A stretch of DNA of 64,000 nt, from NCBI RefSeq assembly GCF_041804105.1, contig NZ_JBHCJY010000018.1, positions 663 to 64,662 on the forward strand. Reading direction: 5' to 3'. The position numbers were made by a program, and so were the translations under genes. The notes below the pieces were generated by a model. That model made no database searches and was not told where the DNA came from. It saw nothing but the letters and a program-made list of their open reading frames with translations. The DNA is from Neisseria sp. Its GTDB lineage: Bacteria; Pseudomonadota; Gammaproteobacteria; Burkholderiales; Neisseriaceae. Positions 1-10,093 of the stretch are shown here, piece by piece (position 1 is the first letter of the stretch; each line of letters opens with the position of its first letter).

Positions 1-94
1 AAAAATACCGGCGGGGTTAGGTTGTTTTCAGGGCAAAACCGCCTGTGGCCTGAAACGGCTTTGCTGTAAAAACATGGTGTCCGAAACAAGAAAA

Positions 95-135
95 AGGCCG
101 TCTGAAAAATCTGTTTTCAGTTTTTCAGACGGCCT
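95..135. terminator. DUS inverted-repeat terminator downstream of nosZ
   Basis: AGGCCGTCTGAA at 95-106 and TTCAGACGGCCT at 124-135, just past the nosZ stop. Confidence 0.8.
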
Positions 136-149
136 GTCTGCCTACTGTA

Positions 150-2171
150 TTACGGTTTGACGATCATTTGGCCGGACATCTCCATGTGGAGCGCGTGGCA
201 GAACCATTGGCAGTAATACCAGTGTACGCCCGGAATCGCGGCTTTGAAGGTGATCGATGCAGTAGCCTGAGGGCCGATTTCCATCGCTACGCCGTGGCCT
301 TCGAGCGTGAAGCCGTGGGTCAGGTCTTCGATGGTTTCGTTGTTGGTTACATACACGGTTACTTCGTCGCCGAGTTTGACTTCAAACTGCGGAATGCTGA
401 ATGCGGGAGCAACGGCGGTCATGTAAACGCGCACTTTATTGCCTTCGCGGATGACTTTGGAATCTTTCTCCAGCACCACGCCGTCTTTTTTCGCCTGCTC
501 GACGGCATCCGCCCACATCCAGGGGTCTTTCCTGTCCCAGGTTTTTTTCGGGCTGACTTTGTCTGCCGACACAATCATCAAATCGTGCGGTTCGGCAAAG
601 CTGGGGCCGTCGTGCACCAATACCATCTCGTCGCCGGAAATATCAATGAGCTGGTCGTTTTCCGGTTTCAGCGGGCCGACGTTCAGGAAACGGTCTTTGG
701 AGAATTTATTCAGCGAAACCAGCCATTTGCCGTCTGCATCTTTGGTTTCGCCCATAGAGGTATGGTTGTGGCCGGGCTGGTAATGCACGTCGAGTTTCTG
801 AACAATGTAGTCTGCCTGCGGTTTTTTATCGCCCGAAGCGGCAGCCGCACCGCCTTTGGCACCGGAGCCGCCTTTTTTGTAGGCTTCGATGGCTTTGTTG
901 ATGTCCCATTTTACCATCTGGCTGTCGATAAACAGCGTGGTATAGGCGAAACCGCGGCCGTCGAAGGCGGTATGCAAAGGACCCAAGCCCAATTCGGGTT
1001 CGGCCACGACGACATCGCGTTCTTTGATTTTGCCGGCGAACAGGTCGTCGAGCTTGCGCACATCGAGCACGGTAACGGTGGGTGACAGCTTGCCGTTGAG
1101 CATGATGTAGTTGCCGTCGGGCGAAGCGTTACAGCCGTGCGGCGAATTGGGCACAGGGATGTAGCGGGTGTATTTGGATTTGGCTTCTGCACGGCCGTCC
1201 AACACTTTCACGCCGTTGATTTCTTTGAAATCGCCGTTTTTGATGCCTTCTTCGATGGCGGCGATGTTGAACACCACACACCAGTCCTGCTCGTTTTTCG
1301 ATGCTTCGGCCACAGTCAGGCCTTTTTCGGAGTTGTAGCAGGTGGAGAACGAGTATTTGCCCTGATAGTCGGCATCGCCGTTGTCAAGGTTGCCGTCCAC
1401 CATTACCTGCCACGCAACCTGCATGGTTTCGCCGTCCACGGCGGTATAGACCGCCCACCAGTTTTTCTTGGGATCGTCGAGCAGGCTGCCTTCGTTGGGG
1501 ATGGGAACGATGTGTTCGCCGTTGGCAAATACATAGCCCGTTTTCGGATAACGCTGCGGACGCAGGCCGTGAACGCCCGACACGTTGGGAATTTCCAGAA
1601 TTTTGTCGGTTTTCATCACATCACAGCGGATGCGCGCCACTCGGTTGTTGGCTTTGTCGTTTACATACACAAAACGGCCGTCGTATGTTTTGTCGGTAAA
1701 CGACATATGCGGGTGGTGCAGGTCGCCGTTGGGAATAACCGGCTGGCCGGTGGCTTCGAGATATTTGCGGGTTGCTGGCGTGAGGTTTTCGTTGAGAATC
1801 TTGCGGCTCTCGTTGGTGCGGCCCCAACCTGTCGCGCTACACATATTGAACACGGGAACGCGCACCAGCTCGCGCATGGAAGGAATGCCCAACACGCGCA
1901 GTTCGCCGGTTTGGCCGCTGGAACTGAAACCGTAATACTGGTCAAGTTCGCCCGGCCCCACATGGACGGACTGGCCGCCTTCGCCCGCTGCGGCAGCGGT
2001 TTTCGCACCCGATGCGCCGCTTGCGCTTTTACCGCCCGCACCGCCTTTATTGTCGCATCCGGCAAGCCCCAAAAGGCTTGCGCCGGCAATACCCGCTCCC
2101 GAAGCGGCGGCCGTGCCGATGAACGAGCGGCGGCTCAGGCCTGCCTGTTCGGTTTTTTTATCGTCTGACAT
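150..2171 (-). CDS. nosZ: Tat-exported nitrous-oxide reductase (clade I)
   Basis: SRRSFIG twin-arginine motif; DLHHPH, PHG, GPLHT, QPGH and EPHD CuZ motifs; C-terminal CuA motif [15 protein letters not shown]. Confidence 0.97.
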   Translation of the reverse strand: MSDDKKTEQAGLSRRSFIGTAAASGAGIAGASLLGLAGCDNKGGAGGKSASGASGAKTAAAAGEGGQSVHVGPGELDQYYGFSSSGQTGELRVLGIPSMRELVRVPVFNMCSATGWGRTNESRKILNENLTPATRKYLEATGQPVIPNGDLHHPHMSFTDKTYDGRFVYVNDKANNRVARIRCDVMKTDKILEIPNVSGVHGLRPQRYPKTGYVFANGEHIVPIPNEGSLLDDPKKNWWAVYTAVDGETMQVAWQVMVDGNLDNGDADYQGKYSFSTCYNSEKGLTVAEASKNEQDWCVVFNIAAIEEGIKNGDFKEINGVKVLDGRAEAKSKYTRYIPVPNSPHGCNASPDGNYIMLNGKLSPTVTVLDVRKLDDLFAGKIKERDVVVAEPELGLGPLHTAFDGRGFAYTTLFIDSQMVKWDINKAIEAYKKGGSGAKGGAAAASGDKKPQADYIVQKLDVHYQPGHNHTSMGETKDADGKWLVSLNKFSKDRFLNVGPLKPENDQLIDISGDEMVLVHDGPSFAEPHDLMIVSADKVSPKKTWDRKDPWMWADAVEQAKKDGVVLEKDSKVIREGNKVRVYMTAVAPAFSIPQFEVKLGDEVTVYVTNNETIEDLTHGFTLEGHGVAMEIGPQATASITFKAAIPGVHWYYCQWFCHALHMEMSGQMIVKP

Positions 2172-2349
2172 GACAACTCTCCTTGTTATGAAAATCCGGT
2201 ATTCAGTCTTGTTTTTCAGACGGCCTACCGCGTTGGAAACAAACTGCTTGGTTGGAAATGTCCGGATACCGCCATACGGCTTGAATCCGATTCGTTTTGC
2301 AGATATTCAGACGGCCTGTCCTTCCGCCGCGTAAGGCCGCCTGAAAGCA

Positions 2350-4716
2350 TTATTCCTGTTTGGACGCAGGTTTTACAAAATGCACCACCTGCTCCTGCGG
2401 CTGCCGTGCGCGCTGCTCTTCCAGCTCGGCTTTGGCCGCCGCCTGTTTGGCCTTTTTCTTATTGTCGGCAACCACTTGCGGACAACGCGAAGTGTGGTTG
2501 TAAAGCACTTGGCAGTGTAGGCACTGGATACATTCGTTGGGGTTAATCTGCCCTTCGGGTTCGATGGCCTGCACGGGGCATTCGTTGGCGCAGAGCTGGC
2601 AGGGATTGCCGCACATTTTGTAGCGGCGCAGCCAATCGAACAGGCGCAGCTTGGCCGGAATCGCGATGCCCGCCCCCAAAGGGCAGAGATAGCGGCAGAA
2701 GAAGCGCTCGACAAACAGTCCGGCCAGCAGCAATGCCGCGGCAAACAGCACAAACCACCATTCGCGCACGAATTTCAAAATAATCGCGGTTTTAAACGGT
2801 TCGACTTCCGCAAACCGTTCGGCCACGGCAAAATCGTAAAGCGACAGCCCGAACAGCAGCATAAAAATCAAATACTTGAATGCGGAAAGACGGGTATGCA
2901 CGCCCCACGGCAGGGTAAACTGCTTCACGCCCAGTTTTTTGGCGATGCGGTTGCTCAATTCCTGTAAAGCACCGAACGGACACAGCCAGCCGCAGAATGC
3001 GCCCCTGTTCCAAAACAGCAGCGAAATCGCCGTTGCGCACCACAGCAGGAACACAATCGGATCCATCAGGAAGTAGTCCCACGAAAACCCCGTCCGCAGC
3101 GAATTGGTAAAGGTAAAAACGTTGACCACCGACAACTGGGCGTTCAGATACCAGCCGATATAAAACAGCGTAAATGTGAGATAAACCAAACGGAAGCGAT
3201 CGTAAAAAACAGGATATTTGACCAACGTGTCCTGAAAGAAAAACACCGCAATCAATACCAGCAGGGCAAAAGACACCACGGCGATTTCCACCGTTTTGCC
3301 CAACCAAACCTGTTTCCACAAACCGTTGCTTTCCGTATCGATGGCAGCTTGGGCGTTGCCCTGTACAGGAGCGTCATCGGTTTTTTCCGACGCAGGGACC
3401 GTCTGAACCGGTGCTGCGGGTGCTGCCGTTTCTGCAGTGATTTCCACCGGCTCGGCTTTTGGATCGTCTTTGTAATAGCCTTTCGGCAGTTCGTAGTTCA
3501 AATCGGCCGTCACAAACGCTTTGTCGCTCACCCCCAAAACTCGCTGGATCATCAGTTGCAGCCGCCACGGTTCCGCACCGTCGATTTTGATGTCTTCCGG
3601 TATGGTAAACAGAGAAACTTCTTTAAAATGCGGCGCGCCTTTTGCGGCCAGGCTAACCAAACGCTCGTGCTGCTGGTCGGTAAAACGCAAGCTGGTATCG
3701 CCCTGAATCAGCTCGATGCGGTCGAAAATACCGCCGCGCACATAACCCGAACCCTTCCACGAATAGCGGCCTTCGCCTGCCACCACAACCGCAGCCTGCC
3801 CTTCTTTCAGACGGCCTTTGAGCGTGTTGTAGGCGGATTCTCCCAGCAGGCTTTTGCCCACGGAAGGCTGCGTCGCCAGTGCCACATACAGGTCGACGAA
3901 AGTATCGCTGCCCGGCCCTTTCTCCGCATGTTCGGCGGAACCCGCTTTGCCGTTCTGCTCAAACAGCTTGTTTGCTTCGTCGACCGTCATATGCAGCTTG
4001 GCCACCGCTTTTTGGTCGAGCAGCTGCTGCCAGGTTTGAATATCCTGCTTACTGTCGTCCACCATGCGGCGCGGACGGGTTTTCACTTCAGGTGCAGGTG
4101 CGGCTGCGGAAGCCGTTTTGCCGTCGGAAGCGGCGGCTACCGCAACCGCAGCCTGTGCGGTACCGAGTCTGTATTGGTGGGCAACAGCCTTCACCGAACG
4201 CTGCATGCTGTCGTTAATCACCATCAGCGTTACCGTTGCCCCGCTGATGATGTCGGCAGGTGCCACGCCGGGCTTGGGCGGATTTTTCAGAAAATTCAGA
4301 CCGACATAGTTTTCGATAAATTTGTCGACTTTCGACTGCGGAATCCCGATCAGCACAATCGGTTCATGGTGGTTGACCAGCTTCGCGCCTTTAATCGTAC
4401 CGTCGTTGGCCAGCGCCACCATCATATCGATGGGTTTGCTCGAATAGCCGCGCGTGTTCACAACGTCGGTCGTGATGTACACCAGCCCGATCTGTTCCTG
4501 CCCTTTGTACACACGAGCCACCATCGGCTTGCCTTCCGGCTTGCCGATACGGTCCGCACCCGGAAAAATCTCCGCCACAGGCACTTTGCCGACAAAATCA
4601 GGCAACCGCTCGGCCAACGCCTGCGGCATAAACAAAGCAGCCATTACCAACAACATGGCCAGCATCTGCACCCAAATGCCTGCCCTGCTTCTACGGATTG
4701 CTTTCCGGTCGGACAT
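2350..4716 (-). CDS. nosR: NosR/NirI-family FMN- and Fe-S-containing membrane protein
   Basis: DIISGATVT FMN-attachment motif, TM helices, FCGWLCPFG and FCRYLCPLG motifs, two ferredoxin-like CxxCxxC clusters; directly upstream of nosZ. Confidence 0.95.
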   Translation of the reverse strand: MSDRKAIRRSRAGIWVQMLAMLLVMAALFMPQALAERLPDFVGKVPVAEIFPGADRIGKPEGKPMVARVYKGQEQIGLVYITTDVVNTRGYSSKPIDMMVALANDGTIKGAKLVNHHEPIVLIGIPQSKVDKFIENYVGLNFLKNPPKPGVAPADIISGATVTLMVINDSMQRSVKAVAHQYRLGTAQAAVAVAAASDGKTASAAAPAPEVKTRPRRMVDDSKQDIQTWQQLLDQKAVAKLHMTVDEANKLFEQNGKAGSAEHAEKGPGSDTFVDLYVALATQPSVGKSLLGESAYNTLKGRLKEGQAAVVVAGEGRYSWKGSGYVRGGIFDRIELIQGDTSLRFTDQQHERLVSLAAKGAPHFKEVSLFTIPEDIKIDGAEPWRLQLMIQRVLGVSDKAFVTADLNYELPKGYYKDDPKAEPVEITAETAAPAAPVQTVPASEKTDDAPVQGNAQAAIDTESNGLWKQVWLGKTVEIAVVSFALLVLIAVFFFQDTLVKYPVFYDRFRLVYLTFTLFYIGWYLNAQLSVVNVFTFTNSLRTGFSWDYFLMDPIVFLLWCATAISLLFWNRGAFCGWLCPFGALQELSNRIAKKLGVKQFTLPWGVHTRLSAFKYLIFMLLFGLSLYDFAVAERFAEVEPFKTAIILKFVREWWFVLFAAALLLAGLFVERFFCRYLCPLGAGIAIPAKLRLFDWLRRYKMCGNPCQLCANECPVQAIEPEGQINPNECIQCLHCQVLYNHTSRCPQVVADNKKKAKQAAAKAELEEQRARQPQEQVVHFVKPASKQE

Positions 4717-4754
4717 AATTTCTTCCCGTTTTACAGATACTCTAGAACATCTAC

Positions 4755-4796
4755 ATTATATGAATCAAATATCCGAAATTTATTGACCTAAATCAA
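4755..4796 (-). promoter_or_regulatory. FNR-dependent class II promoter of nosR-nosZ
   Basis: TTGAC-CTAA-ATCAA at 4783-4796 (FNR consensus TTGAT-N4-ATCAA, one mismatch); perfect TATAAT on the minus strand at 4760-4755, which puts the box at about -41.5. Confidence 0.85.
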
Positions 4797-5033
4797 TATG
4801 CCTAATCTTAACGGCCTATAAACACTTTACAATAAGACTTTGTAATCATATGAAACACCATACGCTTACTTACTATTTCTTTGGGAATAATTGCAATTTC
4901 CCAAACAAAAGGCAAACGGACAGACAGGCCGTCTGAAAACATACGGAACATTTTGTGTACAGCCGCATCATCCGAATTACCGAATCATCGGTGCATATTA
5001 TCTAAACCCTGCCGCTGCACGCAGCTCACGGAA

Positions 5034-5063
5034 AGGCCGTCTGAAAAGATTTTCAGACGGCCT
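5034..5063. terminator. DUS inverted-repeat terminator
   Basis: Paired AG-DUS copies downstream of the pseudouridine synthase gene. Confidence 0.75.
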
Positions 5064-5185
5064 TACGGCGCAACCAATCTGTCTGTTTTACGGCAGGGCC
5101 ATACAGCAGCAAAGTGCAGGCAACCCCGTTTTCCGGCTTGCACAAGCGCTGATGAACGGCCGTTATACCCGCACGGGGCTCCGTT

Positions 5186-5929
5186 TCAAAACCGCTCGCC
5201 GGCTTTCAGATAACGCCATTTGCCCGGCGGCAGTTTGCCCAATTTGACCTTGCCCATGCGGATGCGTTTGAGGCCGGTAACGCGCAGGCCGACGAGTTCG
5301 CACATCCTTCGGATTTGGCGTTTCTTACCCTGCTTGAGCACAAAGCGCAATTGGTCTTCGTTTTGCCATTCCACTTTGGCGGGGCGCAATGCTTCGCCGT
5401 CGAGGCTCAGGCCGTGGTTGAGCAGCTTGAGACCGTCTGCAGACAGTTTGCCTTTCACGCGCACGAGGTATTCTTTTTCCGTGGTGCTGTTTTCGCCGAT
5501 AAGCTGCTTCGCAATGCGCCCGTCCTGGGTGAGCACCAGCAGGCCGACGGAGTCGATGTCGAGCCGTCCTGCGGGGGCGAGGCCGAATCGGTGCTGCTCG
5601 CTGAAACGGATGCGGCTGTCGTCGCCTTCCCATTGGTTTTCGGCGGTAATCAGTTCGGCGGCGGAGAGATAGCCTTTTTCCGCCTGCGCGCTGACATAGC
5701 CGACGGGTTTGTTCAGCAAAACGGTAACGCGCTGCGCCTGCCGCTCGTGTGCGCGTTTGTCCAAATCGATGCGGTCGGTGGCGGTTACTTTCTGGCCGAG
5801 CACGGCGGTTTGGCCGTTTACTTTCACCCAGCCCTGCTCGATATAGCTGTCGGCTTCGCGGCGGGAACACAGCCCGAGTTCGGCCATGCGTTTGGAAAGG
5901 CGTAAAGGTTCTTGGTTTGCGTTCATCAT
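5186..5929 (-). CDS. rRNA pseudouridine synthase (RsuA/RluB/RluF family)
   Basis: N-terminal S4 domain ([18 protein letters not shown]), catalytic GRLDIDS, C-terminal [10 protein letters not shown]. Confidence 0.92.
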   Translation of the reverse strand: MMNANQEPLRLSKRMAELGLCSRREADSYIEQGWVKVNGQTAVLGQKVTATDRIDLDKRAHERQAQRVTVLLNKPVGYVSAQAEKGYLSAAELITAENQWEGDDSRIRFSEQHRFGLAPAGRLDIDSVGLLVLTQDGRIAKQLIGENSTTEKEYLVRVKGKLSADGLKLLNHGLSLDGEALRPAKVEWQNEDQLRFVLKQGKKRQIRRMCELVGLRVTGLKRIRMGKVKLGKLPPGKWRYLKAGERF

Positions 5930-6162
5930 CGGCTTTCAGACGGCATTGGATGTTGAAATTATAACGTCAATCGGCACAGGCCATCTGAAAAACCCTGCCG
6001 CAGCGGTCGGAACAGGCTGTGATGCAACGGAGCATCGGCTTCCATGATGAGCGCGCAGACTGCAATCCACCGCCGACACGCACAAGCGGATGGATTAAAA
6101 AGTTTTGGCTGTGCAGACATCGTATTGATTACATACCGGTAAGACTGATTCGCCTCAATGTC

Positions 6163-6265
6163 CGCCATTACCGCGCAGGCGGAATCCGACTTTGATATTT
6201 GCAAGCGATTGTTGAAAATAAAAGATGGATTTCAAATATGGATTCCCGCCTGCGTGGGAATAACG
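6163..6265. repeat. NIME (dRS3-core-dRS3) repeat
   Basis: Inverted ATTCCC-N8-GGGAAT-type ends (left end degenerate) around a ~55-bp core. Confidence 0.75.
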
Positions 6266-6416
6266 AAAAACCAAGTATCGATACAATCAATATCCAAACA
6301 CAGCCAAATCTTGTAAGGTTACAGCAGGGATAGCGGTATCGCTGTCATCACACTGCCCCAACAGCCTATACAAACAAGGCCGTCTGAAAAACTGTTTTCA
6401 GACGGCCTGTTCAGTT

Positions 6417-7394
6417 TCACCTCCCGCGCTGTTCCTCTTCAAACCGAAGCAGAATCCCCTTCACTTCGTCCGCATCCTTTACCGCCCGGATACGCTCGAA
6501 CAGCTCCTGCGCCTGCGGGTACACCTTTTTCATCATCCCCAGCCACTGCTTCAGGCGGGCGACGGGGTATTTGTTATTGGCTTCCTTGGCAAGGCACAAA
6601 TCGAAAAACAGGTTTATCCAGCCCGCAATTTCGGCGAAACCCGCTTCCTGAGCCGCCTCCCCCCGCAGATGCAGTTTGATGCGCCGCGCCAAATCCGGCC
6701 GCATCACCGCGCCGCGTCCGAGCATCACGTCGCGGCATCCGCTGACGCGGCGGATGTCGAGATAATCCTGCAAATCAAACACATCGCCGTTGGCCGTTAC
6801 CGGAATGCCGACCGAACGGCGGATTTTGTCCACCCACTCCCAATGTGCGGGCGGCTCGTAACCTTCCACTTTGGTGCGCGCGTGTACGGTCAGGCCGCAG
6901 GCGCCGCCGTCGGCGATGGCGGCGGCACATTCGAGCGCACGGGTTTTGTCGTCGAAACCGAGCCGCATTTTGGCGGTTAACGGAATGTGTTCGGGCAGGC
7001 TGCAGCGCAGGGTCTGCACGATATGGAAAATCCGTTCCGGCTCTTTCAGCAGCACCGCACCGCCCTGATGTTTGTTGACCGTCGGCGCGGGGCAGCCGAA
7101 GTTCAGGTCGATTTTGTCCGCACCGAAGCGCACGGCTTCCAGCGCGTTAACGGCCATGTTTTCCGCATCGCTGCCCAAAAGCTGCACGGTGCACGGCACG
7201 CCCGCAGGCGTTTTGTTGGCGGATGCGATTTCGGGAACGTATTTCAGCCAGGTCGGACGCGAATGGACGGTATGGGTGATGCGCACGAATTCGCTCACGC
7301 ATTCGTCGAAGCCGCCGATGCGGGTCAGCAGGTCGCGCATCACGTCGTCAACAAGGCCCTGCATCGGGGCGAGAATCAGGCGGGGAGTCGGCAT
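6417..7394 (-). CDS. dusC: tRNA-dihydrouridine synthase, DusC type
   Basis: LAPMQG start motif, VQLLGSD, IDLNFGCP, TVHART, ANGDV. Start set at MPTPRL (7394). Confidence 0.88.
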   Translation of the reverse strand: MPTPRLILAPMQGLVDDVMRDLLTRIGGFDECVSEFVRITHTVHSRPTWLKYVPEIASANKTPAGVPCTVQLLGSDAENMAVNALEAVRFGADKIDLNFGCPAPTVNKHQGGAVLLKEPERIFHIVQTLRCSLPEHIPLTAKMRLGFDDKTRALECAAAIADGGACGLTVHARTKVEGYEPPAHWEWVDKIRRSVGIPVTANGDVFDLQDYLDIRRVSGCRDVMLGRGAVMRPDLARRIKLHLRGEAAQEAGFAEIAGWINLFFDLCLAKEANNKYPVARLKQWLGMMKKVYPQAQELFERIRAVKDADEVKGILLRFEEEQRGR

Positions 7395-7519
7395 ATTCGG
7401 TCCGTGTCGTGTGTGGTTTCGGGGAATCGGGGTGGTTTTCAATATATCGTGTACCGCCGCAAACAGGCCGTCTGAAGAACGGCGGCGGCAACTTTTTCAG
7501 ACGGCCTTGCTGCGGCGGT

Positions 7520-8350
7520 TTACCCGCCTTTCAAACTTTTCTCGAAATCTTCCAGCATCTCCAGTTCGAAGCGGCTGAACCCGGCTTTTTCCCGCGCCTC
7601 GATGTTCACATAGCCCCTGAAAATAAACATATCGTAACGGGAAATCAGTTTTCGGAACAACGATATAGGCTCAAGCCCGCGTTCGGCGCAAAGGTGTTGG
7701 TACCAACGGTTGCCGATTTGCACATGGCCGACTTCGTCGCGGTAGATGATGTCGAGCACGGCGCAGGTTTCCACATCGCCCTTCTGTTCCACTTTGGCTC
7801 GGATGGCGGGGGTAACGTCCAAGCCCCGCGCTTCGAGCACACGCGGCACCAGCGCCATGCGCACCAGCGGATCGTAGGCGGTTTTGTAGGCCATGTCCCA
7901 TAAATGCCCGTGCGCCTCGAAACTGCCGTAATCGAAGCCGTAAGTTTTCAGACGGCCCCGCATCAGGCGGAAATGGTGCGCTTCTTCCTTGGCCACGCGT
8001 ATCCAGTCGCGAACAAATTCAGACGGCATCAAACGGAAACGGTAGGCCGCATCCAGCGCAAGGTTGACGGCATTGAACTCGATGTGGCAGATGGCATGCA
8101 GCATCGCCGCATATCCTTCCGGCGTGTGCATTTTTCGCGGCGTAACCTGCGAAGGCGCAACCAGATCGGGCTTGGCGGGCCGGCCGGCAAAACGGAAATC
8201 CAAGGGCTTATCCGCGCCGTCGGCACAGACTCCGGACTGCTGCACGGCGGCGGACACTTCATCGGCCAACGCGCATTTTTCATCGGGGTCGCACGACAAC
8301 AAGGCGCGTTCGAGCAAAGGATAGGGGTTGTAAAGCATGGCGGTTCGCAT
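7520..8350 (-). CDS. Ferritin-like domain protein (DUF455 type)
   Basis: HAICHIEFNA, EEAHH, LEARGLD and DEVGHV di-iron-like motifs. Alternative start at 8338. Confidence 0.85.
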   Translation of the reverse strand: MRTAMLYNPYPLLERALLSCDPDEKCALADEVSAAVQQSGVCADGADKPLDFRFAGRPAKPDLVAPSQVTPRKMHTPEGYAAMLHAICHIEFNAVNLALDAAYRFRLMPSEFVRDWIRVAKEEAHHFRLMRGRLKTYGFDYGSFEAHGHLWDMAYKTAYDPLVRMALVPRVLEARGLDVTPAIRAKVEQKGDVETCAVLDIIYRDEVGHVQIGNRWYQHLCAERGLEPISLFRKLISRYDMFIFRGYVNIEAREKAGFSRFELEMLEDFEKSLKGG

Positions 8351-8739
8351 CGGCGGTTGAGGCCGTCTGAAAAAGTTTCCGTTTGCAGATTTCAGACAGC
8401 ATCATCATATTTAGAGAATACCGGATTATATCGCCAAACCGCGGCACGGCAGTACCCGCATCCGTACCCGTACATACGCACGAACCCCATCCGACACAGG
8501 CGTTCCGCGCGAATCCGCTGTGTTAACAAACCGTTTTTTTCGCAGAAAAGCATCACGGCAGCGTATAAATAAATGTCAAAGCCCCAATGCATATTCAAAA
8601 CAAAACCCTTAAAATTCATGAAATTAAAAAACAGGCAACCGTTTTACACAAATTAAACCGCCCCGCCGCCCTTGTCTGTTACACAATAACACCTATACTG
8701 GACACCGAAACACCCAAACCCGAAAGGAAGGAAACATCC

Positions 8740-9360
8740 ATGAAACAAAACACTCTGTTGAAACTCATCACCGCAGCCGCACTGAGCACCACCGTCGGAC
8801 TTGCCCAAGCGGGCGCGGTCGATGCGCTGAAGAAGTTCAACAACGACGCAGACGGCATCAGCGGCAGCTTCAGCCAAACCGTCAAAAGCAAAAAGAAAAC
8901 CCAAACCACACAAGGCACATTCCAAATCCTGCGTCCCGGCCTGTTCAAATGGCAGTACAACAGCCCCTACAAACAGACCATCGTCGGCGACGGCAAAACC
9001 ATCTGGCTGCACGATGCCGATTTGAACCAGGTAACCAAATCCGCACAAAACCAAGCCATCGGCGACAGCCCCGCCGCCATCCTGTCCAACAAAACCGCGC
9101 TTGACAGCAGCTACACGCTCAAAGAAGACGGCTCTTCGGGCGGCATCGACTACGTTTTGGCCACGCCCAAGAAAAACAATGCGGGCTACCAGTTTATCCG
9201 CATCGGTTTCAAAGGCGACACTCTGGCCGCCATGCAGCTTAAAGACAGCTTCGGCAACCAGACCACCATCAACTTCAGCGGTCTGAACACCAAACCCAAC
9301 CTGTCGCGCGGCGCATTCAAGTTCACCCCGCCCAAAGGCGCGGACGTTGTGAGCAACTAA
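8740..9360 (+). CDS. lolA: Outer-membrane lipoprotein carrier protein
   Basis: Sec signal peptide, GTFQILRPGLFKWQY, SPAAILS, FKFTPPKGADV; RBS AAGGAAGG before the ATG at 8740. Confidence 0.93.
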   Translation: MKQNTLLKLITAAALSTTVGLAQAGAVDALKKFNNDADGISGSFSQTVKSKKKTQTTQGTFQILRPGLFKWQYNSPYKQTIVGDGKTIWLHDADLNQVTKSAQNQAIGDSPAAILSNKTALDSSYTLKEDGSSGGIDYVLATPKKNNAGYQFIRIGFKGDTLAAMQLKDSFGNQTTINFSGLNTKPNLSRGAFKFTPPKGADVVSN

Positions 9361-9386
9361 ACCGCTTGTAATGTTTCGAGCATAAA

Positions 9387-9416
9387 AGGCCGTCTGAAAA
9401 ACTTTTCAGACGGCCT
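9387..9416. terminator. DUS inverted-repeat terminator of lolA
   Basis: Paired AG-DUS copies 27 bp after the lolA stop. Confidence 0.8.
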
Positions 9417-9498
9417 TTGCCGTGTTCTTTTATTTTGTGCGGCTTTTACTTCGGTTGCAATTGGACAAAACCTTGATTTGCACCATATCGTCCGCAAC

Positions 9499-9603
9499 CG
9501 CCATTTCCGTACACACGGGAATCCATGGTTCATATTCACAAACGCATGCATCAACAAGGTTTCCGAAACTTCAAGCCGGATTCCCGCCTGCGCGGGAATG
9601 ACG
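9499..9603. repeat. NIME repeat
   Basis: Degenerate left dRS3 and perfect right GGATTCCCGCCTGCGCGGGAATGACG. Confidence 0.8.
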
Positions 9604-9671
9604 GAATGGTTTCAGCAACGCATGGTTGTACGGTTACGCCGCTTCGGGCGGGCTAACCGTACCTCCCCGTT

Positions 9672-9836
9672 CTAAATTCTCCGGGCACGGCGGTCCGACC
9701 CTTCGCAGAACGAACATTCGCGGTCGGGATTTGCAACCCAGTCTTCATAGTCCATATCCAAATGAATCCAAGGCTCGAAACCTGCGGCCGCGCCACCCGT
9801 TACCTGTTCCGATTCACATGCCGATAATTGTTTCAT
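9672..9836 (-). CDS. Small peptide (54 aa) with double-glycine-type leader
   Basis: AGGAG RBS (9847-9843) 6 nt before the ATG at 9836; MKQLSACESEQVTGG fits the M-K-x-L-S-x-x-E-x-x-x-V-x-GG leader pattern. Confidence 0.55.
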   Translation of the reverse strand: MKQLSACESEQVTGGAAAGFEPWIHLDMDYEDWVANPDRECSFCEGSDRRARRI

Positions 9837-10093
9837 CATCATCTCCTGAATGTTATTGCATACAAAGCCAATCCGTATATTCCGATACAGCGGAAACAGC
9901 CGGTTGGCCGGGAAAACGGCCGGTTTTTCGGAATACGCATCCCGTGCCGGCCTGTTTATGGGACAGGCAGTTTCGCAAACAGTTCCCGAAAATCCTGCCC
10001 CTGCCCCAAAGCTGCCATCTTGCGCGGTTGTACGGTTGCCGCATAGCAAAGGCCGTCTGAAAACAGGTTTTCAGACGGCCTTGTCGTTGCAGT

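Noticed and set aside
5959-6204. 81-aa ORF between the pseudouridine synthase gene and dusC
   Set aside because: It starts inside a dRS3 repeat, ends in a DUS-like sequence, has no RBS and shows no family motif.
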